Below are positions 50,597 through 59,468 of a stretch of DNA of 64,000 nt, one piece after another (within the stretch, counting starts at the first letter, position 1; each line of letters opens with the position of its first letter). The notes under the pieces were generated by a model that worked only from the letters and a program-made list of their open reading frames with translations, did not search any database and was not told the origin of the DNA. The translations under genes and the position numbers were made by a program. The stretch comes from Chitinophaga pinensis (GTDB lineage: Bacteria > Bacteroidota > Bacteroidia > UKL13-3). The stretch is from the NCBI GenBank assembly GCA_945898275.1, contig CAMDHZ010000002.1:134442-198441 (forward strand), read 5' to 3'.

Positions 50597-50857
50597 GAGC
50601 CTGTAAAGTATTTTGTGTAAATGGTAGATGTTAGATTAGGCATCTATTTTCAAATGTAATTAAAAATTGATGTACAATTATACCCCAGTTTCTAATTTGA
50701 TTGGTCCACTTTCTTTCGATTATATTAATGGCAAGGTAAATAGCTTTGAGGGCAGCATTATCATCAGGGAATACTGTTTTGGTCTTGGTGTATTTTCTGA
50801 TAGTTGAGTTCATGCTTTAAATCACATTGGTGGTATAAATCATTTTTCTTATTTCAC
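50597..50857 (-). mobile_element. IS256-family remnant: transposase C-terminus plus terminal inverted repeat
   Basis: EIRKMIYTTNVI*SMNSTIRKYTKTKTVFPDDNAALKAIYLA...KW...IRNW (in-frame TAA where YTTN.IE has Glu); terminal repeat-like GAGCCTGTAAAGTATTTTGTGTAAAT at 50597-50622. Confidence 0.88.
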
Positions 50858-50926
50858 ACCTTCCCTATGCAACAAATAAATGCAAATAGCTATTAGAATT
50901 TATAGAAGAAACAATAATTTTGCGGC

Positions 50927-51562
50927 ATGAACCAAGTAGAAAGTATTCATCAATTAAGCAAGTTTGACTATAAAGGCTATTTTGAAAAGGGAGTTGATTT
51001 TGAAACTTACCTAGCCAAAATGGAGGAGGAAGCTGCTTTAAAAACTTCAGAAGGACTTTTAGCATATGTGCCAATGAATTTACAGCGCGTGTCTAGGATT
51101 CTCAAAACTTATGAAGTTTCACCAGCTTTGCTAGAAACTTTTGTACAAATTCAACACAAGATAAATTGGCTTGTAATAACAGAAAATTGGTGTGGAGATG
51201 CTGCTCAAATTGTACCTGTAATGCATAAAATTGCTTTAGTTTCAGAAGGTAAGATTACTTTAAGATTGATTTACAGAGATGAACATTTACCCCTGATAGA
51301 TGCGCATTTAACAGGAACAAGCAGGTCTATTCCTAAGTTAATTCAATTAGATACACATTTTAATTTGACTGCTATTTGGGGTCCAAGACCTAATGAAGCG
51401 CAGCAATTGGTGCTAGATTTAAAAAAGAATCCTGCAACTGCTGATAAGTATTCTGAGGAGCTACACAAATGGTATGCTCAAAATAAACAGGCTTTTATTG
51501 AAAGAGATTTATTCAAGGCAATTCAAAAGGGATCTGCCTTATGTGCAGACTGCTTTATTTAA
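50927..51562 (+). CDS. Thioredoxin-family protein (WCGD type)
   Basis: ITENWCGDA, RD, SIPKLI, WGPRP. Confidence 0.88.
   Translation: MNQVESIHQLSKFDYKGYFEKGVDFETYLAKMEEEAALKTSEGLLAYVPMNLQRVSRILKTYEVSPALLETFVQIQHKINWLVITENWCGDAAQIVPVMHKIALVSEGKITLRLIYRDEHLPLIDAHLTGTSRSIPKLIQLDTHFNLTAIWGPRPNEAQQLVLDLKKNPATADKYSEELHKWYAQNKQAFIERDLFKAIQKGSALCADCFI
50977..51031 (+). repeat. Right copy of 55-bp direct repeat
   Basis: Matches 39668-39722 with one mismatch. Confidence 0.95.
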
Positions 51563-51594
51563 GCGGGAAATTATTTATAAATAATTCCCCGCTT
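51561..51594. terminator. Hairpin between convergent genes, probable terminator
   Basis: AAGCGGGAAATTATTT-AT-AAATAATTCCCCGCTT. Confidence 0.65.
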
Positions 51595-51613
51595 TGTAAA
51601 AGGCTTTTAATAT

Positions 51614-52552
51614 TTAAGGTACAATAACTTTATTAATTACATGCACAACCCCATTTGTAGCTTGCAGGTCTGCAGTAATTACTGAGGCATCTGTGGTTTT
51701 TCCGCCACTTAATTTTACTCCAGAAGAGGTGTTAAATGTTAATTCCACAGCAGGATTTAAACTAGTTACTTTTTGTCCGTTAAGAATTTGATTAGCTCTC
51801 ACTTGACTTCCCAACACATGTGCTGTTAAAATTGGGGTTAATTGCGCTTTTGTAGTAGCATTTAAGTCGAAGTTGATATCTTTAAAAGCTTGATCAACTG
51901 GTGCAAAAGCTGTGATGTTTTTAGTTTCTTTAAGTGTAGTTACTAATTCTGCTTTTACAACTGCTGCTACCAGAGAGGAAAATAAAGGGTCATTTATTGC
52001 GATGTCTACCACAGTTGGTGGTGTTAATACAGCATCAATAACGTGAAGCACACCGTTGCTTGCATCAACATCAGCTGTAATTACATTTATTGTACCATTT
52101 AATTTTACTGGAGCAATACCAATTTTCAACGAAACGCCATTTTCACCAATTTTATAAAGTGTAGACGCGTAAGAATTTGTAAGCTGAGTAGACTTTACTT
52201 CTGAACCCAAAACATGGTACAATAAAGTAGATTTCAAATTCTCAAGATCGGCACCTTGAAGTGTACTGATAACTTGCTCAGTTATGCTAAGTTTTCTAAA
52301 AGCCTCATTTTTTGGTGCAAAAACTGTGAAGTTTCCTGTACCATTTAAAGTTGCTGTTAAACCTGTTTTATTCAAAGCAGCTACTAAGATTGAAAATGAA
52401 GTGTCGGCACTTGCAATCCCAGCAATTGTTTTTTGAGCTGGTGCAGGGGTTTCATTTTTGTCATCTTCTTTTGTACATGCTGCAAACAAAAGTGCAAAGG
52501 CTACCAATGCACTTACTAATAGACCATTTTTTTTCATTTTTATTTTTTTCAT
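51614..52552 (-). CDS. Fasciclin (FAS1 x2) lipoprotein
   Basis: Lipobox AAC; FTVFAP.NEAF, LLYHV, ASNGVLHVID; second domain TAFAP..AF, ATNGVVHVIN. Confidence 0.92.
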   Translation of the reverse strand: MKKIKMKKNGLLVSALVAFALLFAACTKEDDKNETPAPAQKTIAGIASADTSFSILVAALNKTGLTATLNGTGNFTVFAPKNEAFRKLSITEQVISTLQGADLENLKSTLLYHVLGSEVKSTQLTNSYASTLYKIGENGVSLKIGIAPVKLNGTINVITADVDASNGVLHVIDAVLTPPTVVDIAINDPLFSSLVAAVVKAELVTTLKETKNITAFAPVDQAFKDINFDLNATTKAQLTPILTAHVLGSQVRANQILNGQKVTSLNPAVELTFNTSSGVKLSGGKTTDASVITADLQATNGVVHVINKVIVP

Positions 52553-52744
52553 AAATTGTTCGTTATAGACATTTGATGTTTTTGATAGTTGTCTAGAAAC
52601 TGAAGAAAAAACTTATTTAACCTGATAACTAGGTTAGAAAAAATAATTAAAAACAATTTTGCAAATGCTTTGAACAATGCGACTTATAAATTGTTTGTAA
52701 TAATTTGGTCTAGATTTTAGAAATTTGGATAGAACAAATAAGCC

Positions 52745-53269
52745 ATGAACATTTTCAGTAAATTATTATTTTTTTTCTATGTATTTGGGTTATTATTTTG
52801 CAGCTGCGGAAAGCAGTATTATTATCTTAATAAGGTAAGGGCTAATCCAAACAAGGGAACCTTTACTTTACAAATTGATAATTATGCCCCAAAACAAATT
52901 TATCCGGCTTTTGAAGCAGAAATAAAGGATGCAGCCATAAAAAAACTTATAAGATTAGGACACGCCTATAAGCCTAACAATCCACAGTATGTAATTTCAT
53001 TGAGTGTAATGGTTGATTCTGTTGAAAGTATTGGCACGGCTTATATTGGTGGTATGTTTGTTGGCAGATCAATAGCTACAGGGACCTATCGAAATTATTC
53101 TGTTAATAGCAGAGGCATATATTTAAAAGCAAGTGCAGAATTCTTTAAAACTAAAGCAAGTGTTTGGGAGATGGAGTATGATTTATATTACTTTGCACAA
53201 CCCTACAGAGATATCAGAAGAACGCGTGGCGTGGTTAGGTATATGATGGGTAAATTTAAACATAAATAG
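52745..53269 (+). CDS. Hypothetical lipoprotein
   Basis: Hydrophobic leader ending CSC; no recognised family. Confidence 0.55.
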   Translation: MNIFSKLLFFFYVFGLLFCSCGKQYYYLNKVRANPNKGTFTLQIDNYAPKQIYPAFEAEIKDAAIKKLIRLGHAYKPNNPQYVISLSVMVDSVESIGTAYIGGMFVGRSIATGTYRNYSVNSRGIYLKASAEFFKTKASVWEMEYDLYYFAQPYRDIRRTRGVVRYMMGKFKHK

Positions 53270-53270
53270 C

Positions 53271-54113
53271 ATGGTTCAATATAACCCCAAAGAATGGTTT
53301 GGTTTAATATTTAGGTTTCATAAAAGCGATACCTTTCGGCAACTATTTTGGGTGATGGTTTGTGTAGCTTTGTATTCATTTATACTGGCTTATTTAGAAA
53401 TTGAGGTACTTTCTCTAAACTTTAAGTCCAATCCTGCTTTGCACAGCATATTGGGATTTGTGTTGTCGATATTATTGGTTTTTAGAACAAATACAGCCTA
53501 CGACAGATGGTGGGAAGGTAGAAGACATTGGGGCGCCTTAACCAATTACTCTAGGTCTTTGGCTATAAAAATCAAAAGTATGCTACCCAATAAGGATGAT
53601 AAATATAAGCAATTGATGTATTGGATAGGAATCTATCCGCAAGTTTTGGCAGCGCATTTAAGAAATAATAAGTTTGAAGGATTTCAAATTCCTACCAATG
53701 TTCATCAGCCAAATTTTGTTTACCATCAATTGGTTAGCGGTTTGAACCAAATGAAGCAAGAGGGTAAACTGAATGATTTACAATTGCTTCAACTCAACAT
53801 AGAGCTTTTGTGTTATCCAGAGGTTTGTGGGGCTTGTGAAAGAATTAAGAATACGCCAATTCCTTTTAGTTATAGCATGTTTTTAAAAAAGTTTATCTTT
53901 ATCTATATTATAACAATGCCTTATGGTTTCATCAAGGAGTTTGAGTATGGAATTGTGTTGGTTGTAACATTTGTGCTTTATGTTTTAGGAAGTTTAGAGT
54001 TGGTAGCAGAGGAAATAGAAAACCCATTTGGTACAGATGCCAATGATTTGAATTTGGATGAAATGGCGAGAAATATTCAATTAAATGTAGAAGAAATTGA
54101 ACAATCTTTTTAA
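53271..54113 (+). CDS. Bestrophin-family ion channel
   Basis: LVFRTNTAYDRWWEGR..WG, CERI.NTPIP, EIENPFG.D.NDL. Confidence 0.93.
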   Translation: MVQYNPKEWFGLIFRFHKSDTFRQLFWVMVCVALYSFILAYLEIEVLSLNFKSNPALHSILGFVLSILLVFRTNTAYDRWWEGRRHWGALTNYSRSLAIKIKSMLPNKDDKYKQLMYWIGIYPQVLAAHLRNNKFEGFQIPTNVHQPNFVYHQLVSGLNQMKQEGKLNDLQLLQLNIELLCYPEVCGACERIKNTPIPFSYSMFLKKFIFIYIITMPYGFIKEFEYGIVLVVTFVLYVLGSLELVAEEIENPFGTDANDLNLDEMARNIQLNVEEIEQSF

Positions 54114-54702
54114 TCAAAATCAACCCAATATTTTACCCTGCGACGGTGAGCTTTATTTAATTGAAAACTTTTTTTCCTCAATTGAATCTAAGCAAATTTA
54201 CACGACATTACTTGAGGAAATAGATTGGCAACAATACCAAATAAAAATGTTTGGTAAAATGATTAACCAACCTCGGCTAACAGCTTGGTATGGAGAAGAA
54301 AATATAGCTTATAGTTATTCTGGTTTGAGCCTAAATGCCTTGCCTTTTACTCCTTTATTAGAGAATTTAAGAACCAAAATTGAAGAGAATTTTCAAGCAA
54401 GTTTTAACAGCGTATTACTGAATTTATATAGAAATGAAAAGGACAGCATGGGTTGGCATGCCGATGATGAAAAAGAATTAGGCAGTTCCCCTATTATTGC
54501 ATCACTCAGTTTTGGTTCAACCCGAAAATTCTTACTAAAACATAAACAAGATAAAGCACTTAAATTGGGGATAAATCTTACACCCGGTAGTTTAGTGTTA
54601 ATGAAAGGAACGATGCAACATCATTGGCTACATGCTATCCCAAAAACAACGATAAATTGTGATTCAAGAATAAATCTGACCTACAGAAAAATACTGTTTT
54701 AA
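54097..54702 (+). CDS. AlkB-family 2OG-Fe(II) dioxygenase (ALKBH2/3 type)
   Basis: PRLTAWYG, FNSVLLNLYR...DSMGWHADDE, W.HAIPK, RINLTYR. Confidence 0.93.
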   Translation: MNNLFNQNQPNILPCDGELYLIENFFSSIESKQIYTTLLEEIDWQQYQIKMFGKMINQPRLTAWYGEENIAYSYSGLSLNALPFTPLLENLRTKIEENFQASFNSVLLNLYRNEKDSMGWHADDEKELGSSPIIASLSFGSTRKFLLKHKQDKALKLGINLTPGSLVLMKGTMQHHWLHAIPKTTINCDSRINLTYRKILF

Positions 54703-54801
54703 TCGTCATGCCTAATATACTTTGGCGTCCAGCCAATGTCTTTCTTATTTATTCGACTATGCCACTTTGTATTATTTGTTTATTTTCATAATATTGAATC
54801 G

Positions 54802-55392
54802 ATGGATTATAACAAGGCCAGCGAATTTATTATAAACAAGGTAAAAAGTGATTTGCCTGAATTTCTAAAATACCATAGTTACCATCATGTGATGGATGTG
54901 CTAGAAGCTGCCATTAATCTTGCTAAATCAGAAGGTCTATCCGATTACGAATGTCTTTTGCTTAAAACAGCTGTTTTGTATCATGATGCTGGCTTTATTA
55001 AACAAGCTAATGAACATGAAAATGTTGGATGTGAAATTGCGCAAGAAACCTTACCGCAGTTTGATTATTCAGAAGAAGAAATTACCAGAATTTGTGGGAT
55101 GATTATGGCCACAAAAATCCCTCAAACCCCCCATAATTTGCTTGAACAAATTATATGTGATGCCGACCTTGATTACCTTGGAAGAGATGATTTTTGGAAA
55201 ATTGGAAATAACCTTTACCAAGAATTGAAGATTTATGGGGTTTTAAATAATGAAAAAGATTGGAATAGATTACAGCTTAAATTCCTTACTTCGCATAACT
55301 ATTTTACCAAAACTGCTATTCAGCTTAGACAAGAAAAAAAGAACAACCACGTAGAAAAAATAAAACTAATTGTTTCATCTTACCAAGAATAA
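54802..55392 (+). CDS. HD-domain protein
   Basis: YHS..H, YHDAG, HE, ATK.P, CDADLDYLG. ATG 54802 preferred. Confidence 0.88.
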   Translation: MDYNKASEFIINKVKSDLPEFLKYHSYHHVMDVLEAAINLAKSEGLSDYECLLLKTAVLYHDAGFIKQANEHENVGCEIAQETLPQFDYSEEEITRICGMIMATKIPQTPHNLLEQIICDADLDYLGRDDFWKIGNNLYQELKIYGVLNNEKDWNRLQLKFLTSHNYFTKTAIQLRQEKKNNHVEKIKLIVSSYQE

Positions 55393-55399
55393 AAATAAA

Positions 55400-56224
55400 A
55401 TGACTAAACCAGTTATCCTCGTTCCTACGGATTTTACTCCAATAGGCGAAAGTGCAACCAATTATGCACAACAATTGGCAAAAATACTTCACGCCAGTGT
55501 TACAATGTTCCATGTAGTAAGTAAAGACAAAGAACTTCCTATGGCAGAAGCTGCCCTACAAACCATTGCTTCTAACTTATCAACCAGTGGAGTAGAGGCA
55601 AACACTCATGTTGCTGTTGGAAATATTTTTGATGATATTGGTGAAGTGGCAAAAACCTTAGATGCAAAACTAATTGTAATGGGTACACATGGCGTTAAAG
55701 GCATGCAACATATCATGGGTTCCAAGGCCCTAAAAGTTATTACAAATAGTGATGTTCCATTTATTGTGGTTCAAAATAAACCCTTGAAACCCGAAGGATT
55801 TAAAACCATTGTGATTCCTCTTAATTTTCAACAAGAGGTGAAACAAAGCATTAAATACGCATGGGAGATTGGTAAGTATTTCAACGCAAAAATTCATATT
55901 GTTTACCTAAAAGAAAAAGATCCTTTTATTGCTGCTAAAATTGAAAGAAACATACCTTACGCACAAGAGTTATTAGAGGAAAACGGCGTTAGCTACGAAA
56001 TCACTGGAATTGAAAAAAATAACTTCGAAAAAGACCTATGCCAATTCTCCGAAAAAGAGAATGCGGATTTAATTACAATTATTAATAACCAAGAGAACAT
56101 TTTTACCTATTTCGGCGGTTCATTTGAGCAATCGGTTATAGGAAATGAGCAGGAAATTCCTGTGCTTGTTATCAACGCAATACATTTAAAAGCAGCCTAC
56201 AGTTTTAGTATTTATTTCGGTTAA
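55400..56224 (+). CDS. Tandem universal stress protein
   Basis: ILVPTDF, LIVMGTHG..G...MGS, two USP domains. ATG 55400. Confidence 0.9.
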   Translation: MTKPVILVPTDFTPIGESATNYAQQLAKILHASVTMFHVVSKDKELPMAEAALQTIASNLSTSGVEANTHVAVGNIFDDIGEVAKTLDAKLIVMGTHGVKGMQHIMGSKALKVITNSDVPFIVVQNKPLKPEGFKTIVIPLNFQQEVKQSIKYAWEIGKYFNAKIHIVYLKEKDPFIAAKIERNIPYAQELLEENGVSYEITGIEKNNFEKDLCQFSEKENADLITIINNQENIFTYFGGSFEQSVIGNEQEIPVLVINAIHLKAAYSFSIYFG

Positions 56225-56277
56225 AATTTTTAATTTTTTAGTTGGTCAATAACTATTTTTTTAAAAATATCTTTTCA

Positions 56278-56306
56278 TGTAACACTTTTATCTTTGTAGT
56301 AGTCTT
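56278..56306 (+). promoter_or_regulatory. Putative ECF-sigma promoter TGTAACA-N15-TAGTCTT (autoregulatory)
   Basis: The same bipartite motif with the same spacing recurs at 58149-58177. Confidence 0.7.
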
Positions 56307-56325
56307 CATTTAAATCACCAGAAAG

Positions 56326-56883
56326 CTGACGGACTACGACCTTATTAATGCTTGCCTCAAAAATAATCCTAAAGCCGAAAAACTGCTTTGGGATCGCTAT
56401 GCCCCAAAATTATTAGGAATTTGTATGCGTCATTGCCGTAATCAAACTGAGGCGGAAGAAGTATTGCAAGAAAGCTTTATTAAGATTTTTAGTAAGCTCA
56501 GTGATTTTAAAAATCAAGGGTCATTTGAAGGATGGATGAGAAGGATTACTGTTAACACGGCCCTTACATACCTTAGACTTACCCATAAATTTACCTTAGA
56601 AACCGATACAGAGGCCGCTATTTATTTGAGTGAGCATGCTTATGAGCCACTAGAAAATATTCAGGTAAAGGAATTATTAAACACCATTCAAACGCTGCCA
56701 GAAAATTACAAAGTAGTACTCAATTTGTATTGTATTGATGGCTATTCCCACCCAGAAATTGCAGCCCAATTAGGAATCTCAGAAGCGGCTTCACGAGTTC
56801 ATTTACATAGGGCAAAGCAGTTGTTATCACAAAAATTAGGACTAAAAAGAAAGGAGAATCTGGCATATGAACACCAAGGATAA
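56326..56883 (+). CDS. ECF RNA polymerase sigma factor, probable CTG start
   Basis: AEEVLQESFIKIF, SFEGWMRRITVN, LP..Y..V..L..IDGYSH.EIA..LGISE. In-frame upstream extension LTDYDLINACLKNNPKAEKLLWDRYAPKLLGICM. Confidence 0.88.
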   Translation: MTDYDLINACLKNNPKAEKLLWDRYAPKLLGICMRHCRNQTEAEEVLQESFIKIFSKLSDFKNQGSFEGWMRRITVNTALTYLRLTHKFTLETDTEAAIYLSEHAYEPLENIQVKELLNTIQTLPENYKVVLNLYCIDGYSHPEIAAQLGISEAASRVHLHRAKQLLSQKLGLKRKENLAYEHQG

Positions 56884-58144
56884 AGACGCTCTAGATCAGC
56901 AACTATTCGATAGCTTGCATACCTTTGAAAGCACACCAAATGATAAGTTGTTTGAAAGCATGCAAACTCAACGCAACAATAAGAAAAGGAAAATGGTCTT
57001 TGCTTGGTTTTGGCTTTTACCAGTTGCTGCTGCAAGTATTTTAGCATTTAGTTATTGGTTTCGGTTTGAACCAACCTTAGCGCCCCAAAAACAAGTAGGA
57101 AATAAGCTTGCTGATAAAGCACCTTTAAATACACCTGAAAAGAAACTTACTTCTAAAAAGCACCACCATAAAAATTCAAATAAAGCCTCAAAGAATTTCA
57201 CGAGTCAAAGTTTGGTTCAAACCGAAAAAAAAGAGCACCGGAAAATTAGAAAATTAACACCAAGAAAAGCTCTTAAAGAACCAATGAGCACTGCGGAACA
57301 AAAGGGCCAGCAAGCGCTACCTATAATTGAGAATGTTAATCCCACTGCTTTTAATTCAACAGGGTTTTCTAATCTATTTAATGATTCCCTGAACTTTGCA
57401 GATACAATTAGGGCATCGGTTTGCGAAAACATTGAAATTCCAGCTGATAAATTGGGTTTAATTAATGTACAAAGTGATAAGCCTAATAAGCAATGGTGGC
57501 TAGCTGCTAATTATCTGCAGTTATTTGGAAAAGGTGTGTTAAGTAATAATGAGGAGAGCTTTTTACAAATAACAGATAAACCATCAAGTAACTCTGCACA
57601 AGCTGCTTATGGCTTGAATCTTTTGCTGGGAAAGCGAATTTACAAGAATTTTTGGCTCTGGACGGGCTTGCAATATCAACGTACCATTTTTACTGACATG
57701 CGCTTATATACTGACTATACGGAAGGAAATATTAATGCAAGTGGGGATGAGATGTTTTATCATAAGCAATACTTTGATTTAAATTATACAACAGCCACTT
57801 TACCGCTTGGAATAACTTACTTGAAGCAACTGAATAAATGGCAATTAAAAATGGATGTTGCTGCTCAATTTAACTATCTTTTAGCTACCTCTTCTATGCG
57901 CTATGATCCTATAAGTAAAGCCATTGAATCGCCTATTAATGCCGCAAATCAAGATAGATTTAATAGAAAAATGTTTGGCCTTACAAGCACGGCATCGGCA
58001 GGATACAGCATTCGAAAAAATCTTTGGATGAATGCAGGTTTAGGGGCAATTGGTTACCGCAGAAGTTATTTAAATCCAAGTGTATACAATAAGAAACCAA
58101 GCGCCAATTTTGTCATACAAATGGGATTACAATATTATTTTTAA
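56867..58144 (+). CDS. Putative dual-membrane-spanning anti-sigma factor (short cytoplasmic domain, TM helix, Lys-rich linker, C-terminal beta-barrel)
   Basis: Overlaps the sigma gene; TM MVFAWFWLLPVAAASILAFSYWF at about aa 43-65; low-complexity linker; barrel ending QMGLQYYF. Confidence 0.72.
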   Translation: MNTKDKDALDQQLFDSLHTFESTPNDKLFESMQTQRNNKKRKMVFAWFWLLPVAAASILAFSYWFRFEPTLAPQKQVGNKLADKAPLNTPEKKLTSKKHHHKNSNKASKNFTSQSLVQTEKKEHRKIRKLTPRKALKEPMSTAEQKGQQALPIIENVNPTAFNSTGFSNLFNDSLNFADTIRASVCENIEIPADKLGLINVQSDKPNKQWWLAANYLQLFGKGVLSNNEESFLQITDKPSSNSAQAAYGLNLLLGKRIYKNFWLWTGLQYQRTIFTDMRLYTDYTEGNINASGDEMFYHKQYFDLNYTTATLPLGITYLKQLNKWQLKMDVAAQFNYLLATSSMRYDPISKAIESPINAANQDRFNRKMFGLTSTASAGYSIRKNLWMNAGLGAIGYRRSYLNPSVYNKKPSANFVIQMGLQYYF

Positions 58145-58148
58145 ACTT

Positions 58149-58177
58149 TGTAACATGCGAGTCATTTAGATAGTCTT
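58149..58177 (+). promoter_or_regulatory. Second putative ECF promoter TGTAACA-N15-TAGTCTT
   Basis: Ends 22 nt upstream of ATG 58200; elements identical to 56278-56306. Confidence 0.7.
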
Positions 58178-58199
58178 TGGTATATAATCATTAATAGCT

Positions 58200-58931
58200 A
58201 TGCAAAAATTAAACAACCTGGCAGCCATGTTTGCCATTTCAATTTTAGTAGGATTTGTATCTTGTAAGAAATTAGAAGAAGGAAAGGGCAGTGGTGGCGG
58301 CTATTCCAAAGATTGCAATCTTTCAGGCACCTTAATCAAAACAGATTATAGTAGAAGTGTTTTAAACAATTTATGGATACAGGGTGGCAACGGAGAGATT
58401 TACCAAGCCTGCGCCAATGACATAATTAACTTTACGGCAGAAAGTTATACCGAAGGACAAAAAGTAGTATTTGGCACAAGAGCGCTAAAGTCAAATGAAA
58501 CTTGCGAAAGTATTTTTATTGAATGCCCAAATGGAATGATTATGCCTACCCAAAAGGTTGGTATTACTTGTATTAATAAGGTTTCTGGCAAGTGTAGCAA
58601 AAGTTTAATCAATAGTCCGTCTTTAGATAAAGAGCAAACAGTAAGCATAGAAAACGTATGGCAAGAAGGAAACAATTTAAAGTTATTAGTGGCATTTAGT
58701 GGCTGTAATTTTGATGCTTCACCCATTAATTTACATTGGGATGGGAATCTAAAGGAGAGCATGCCTATGCAGATAGAATTTGCATTAGGAAATATGCCAG
58801 CGCCACAGATGTGTTTGGCCTATTTTACAGATACGCTTTGTTATGATATAAGTAGTTTAAAAGCGCATGGCAATCAATATATCCTGCAAGTAAAGGGTTA
58901 TAAAAAAGGACAAATTCCAATTAAGTTTTAA
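58200..58931 (+). CDS. Cys-rich lipoprotein with NigD-like C-terminal domain
   Basis: Lipobox VSC-KK; C-domain L.L.V.FSGC...L.W.G...ES.P.Q...CLAY......YDIS.L. Confidence 0.6.
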   Translation: MQKLNNLAAMFAISILVGFVSCKKLEEGKGSGGGYSKDCNLSGTLIKTDYSRSVLNNLWIQGGNGEIYQACANDIINFTAESYTEGQKVVFGTRALKSNETCESIFIECPNGMIMPTQKVGITCINKVSGKCSKSLINSPSLDKEQTVSIENVWQEGNNLKLLVAFSGCNFDASPINLHWDGNLKESMPMQIEFALGNMPAPQMCLAYFTDTLCYDISSLKAHGNQYILQVKGYKKGQIPIKF

Positions 58932-59423
58932 TTAGGGTGTAGCTGTGATATGCAGTTGTGTGCCCAGATTTCGTACATAATACTGTCTAAGGCCCCGCTT
59001 TGCGGGGCCTTCTATTTGCGAACCATTGCTGGCCACAAACCTAGACCCGCAACAACTTGTAAAATTACTGCCTTTAAATTGTCCGCATTTAAAAAAAATA
59101 CCTGAGGCTTCAACACTTACATAACTGCAACTACTATCTACATTCACTGGGCAAGATCTGTCGAAGGCAACATATTTTTCCTGCCCTTCAAAGCCAGTAT
59201 TATATATAATTATCCCGCGCTGTCTGTACCCTTGGTTCAACTCATAAGCATAGCCATTGGTAAATTGTAAATCTGCATAGCTTGGCAAATTTAAGTTCAC
59301 ATAAAAATCTACATTAACAGGCGGAAAAAAATCGCCTTGTTGGTTTCTGCTTTCATCCTTACGACAACCAGCAAAAACCAGCGTTGCTAAACAAAAAACT
59401 AGAATGATTCTCATTACCTTCAT
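58932..59423 (-). CDS. Rieske-like lipoprotein
   Basis: Lipobox AGC; LNLPSY..L; AFDRSCP...C...C...CCGSRF...G....GPA..GL..Y. Confidence 0.65.
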   Translation of the reverse strand: MKVMRIILVFCLATLVFAGCRKDESRNQQGDFFPPVNVDFYVNLNLPSYADLQFTNGYAYELNQGYRQRGIIIYNTGFEGQEKYVAFDRSCPVNVDSSCSYVSVEASGIFFKCGQFKGSNFTSCCGSRFVASNGSQIEGPAKRGLRQYYVRNLGTQLHITATP

Positions 59424-59468
59424 GCCTCAAAGATAACTGATTTAACGCTGAGATGATTACATCAATAC

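Larger units (their letters stand above)
39723..50976. mobile_element. About 11.3-kb genomic island without integrase, between two thioredoxin 5' ends
   Basis: Flanking 55-bp direct repeat, broken genes at the left junction, IS256 remnant near the right end, AT-rich two-component genes. Confidence 0.7.

Noticed and set aside
39723-50976. Island as prophage or anti-phage defence locus
   Set aside because: No capsid, terminase, integrase, nuclease, RT or other recognisable phage or defence genes.
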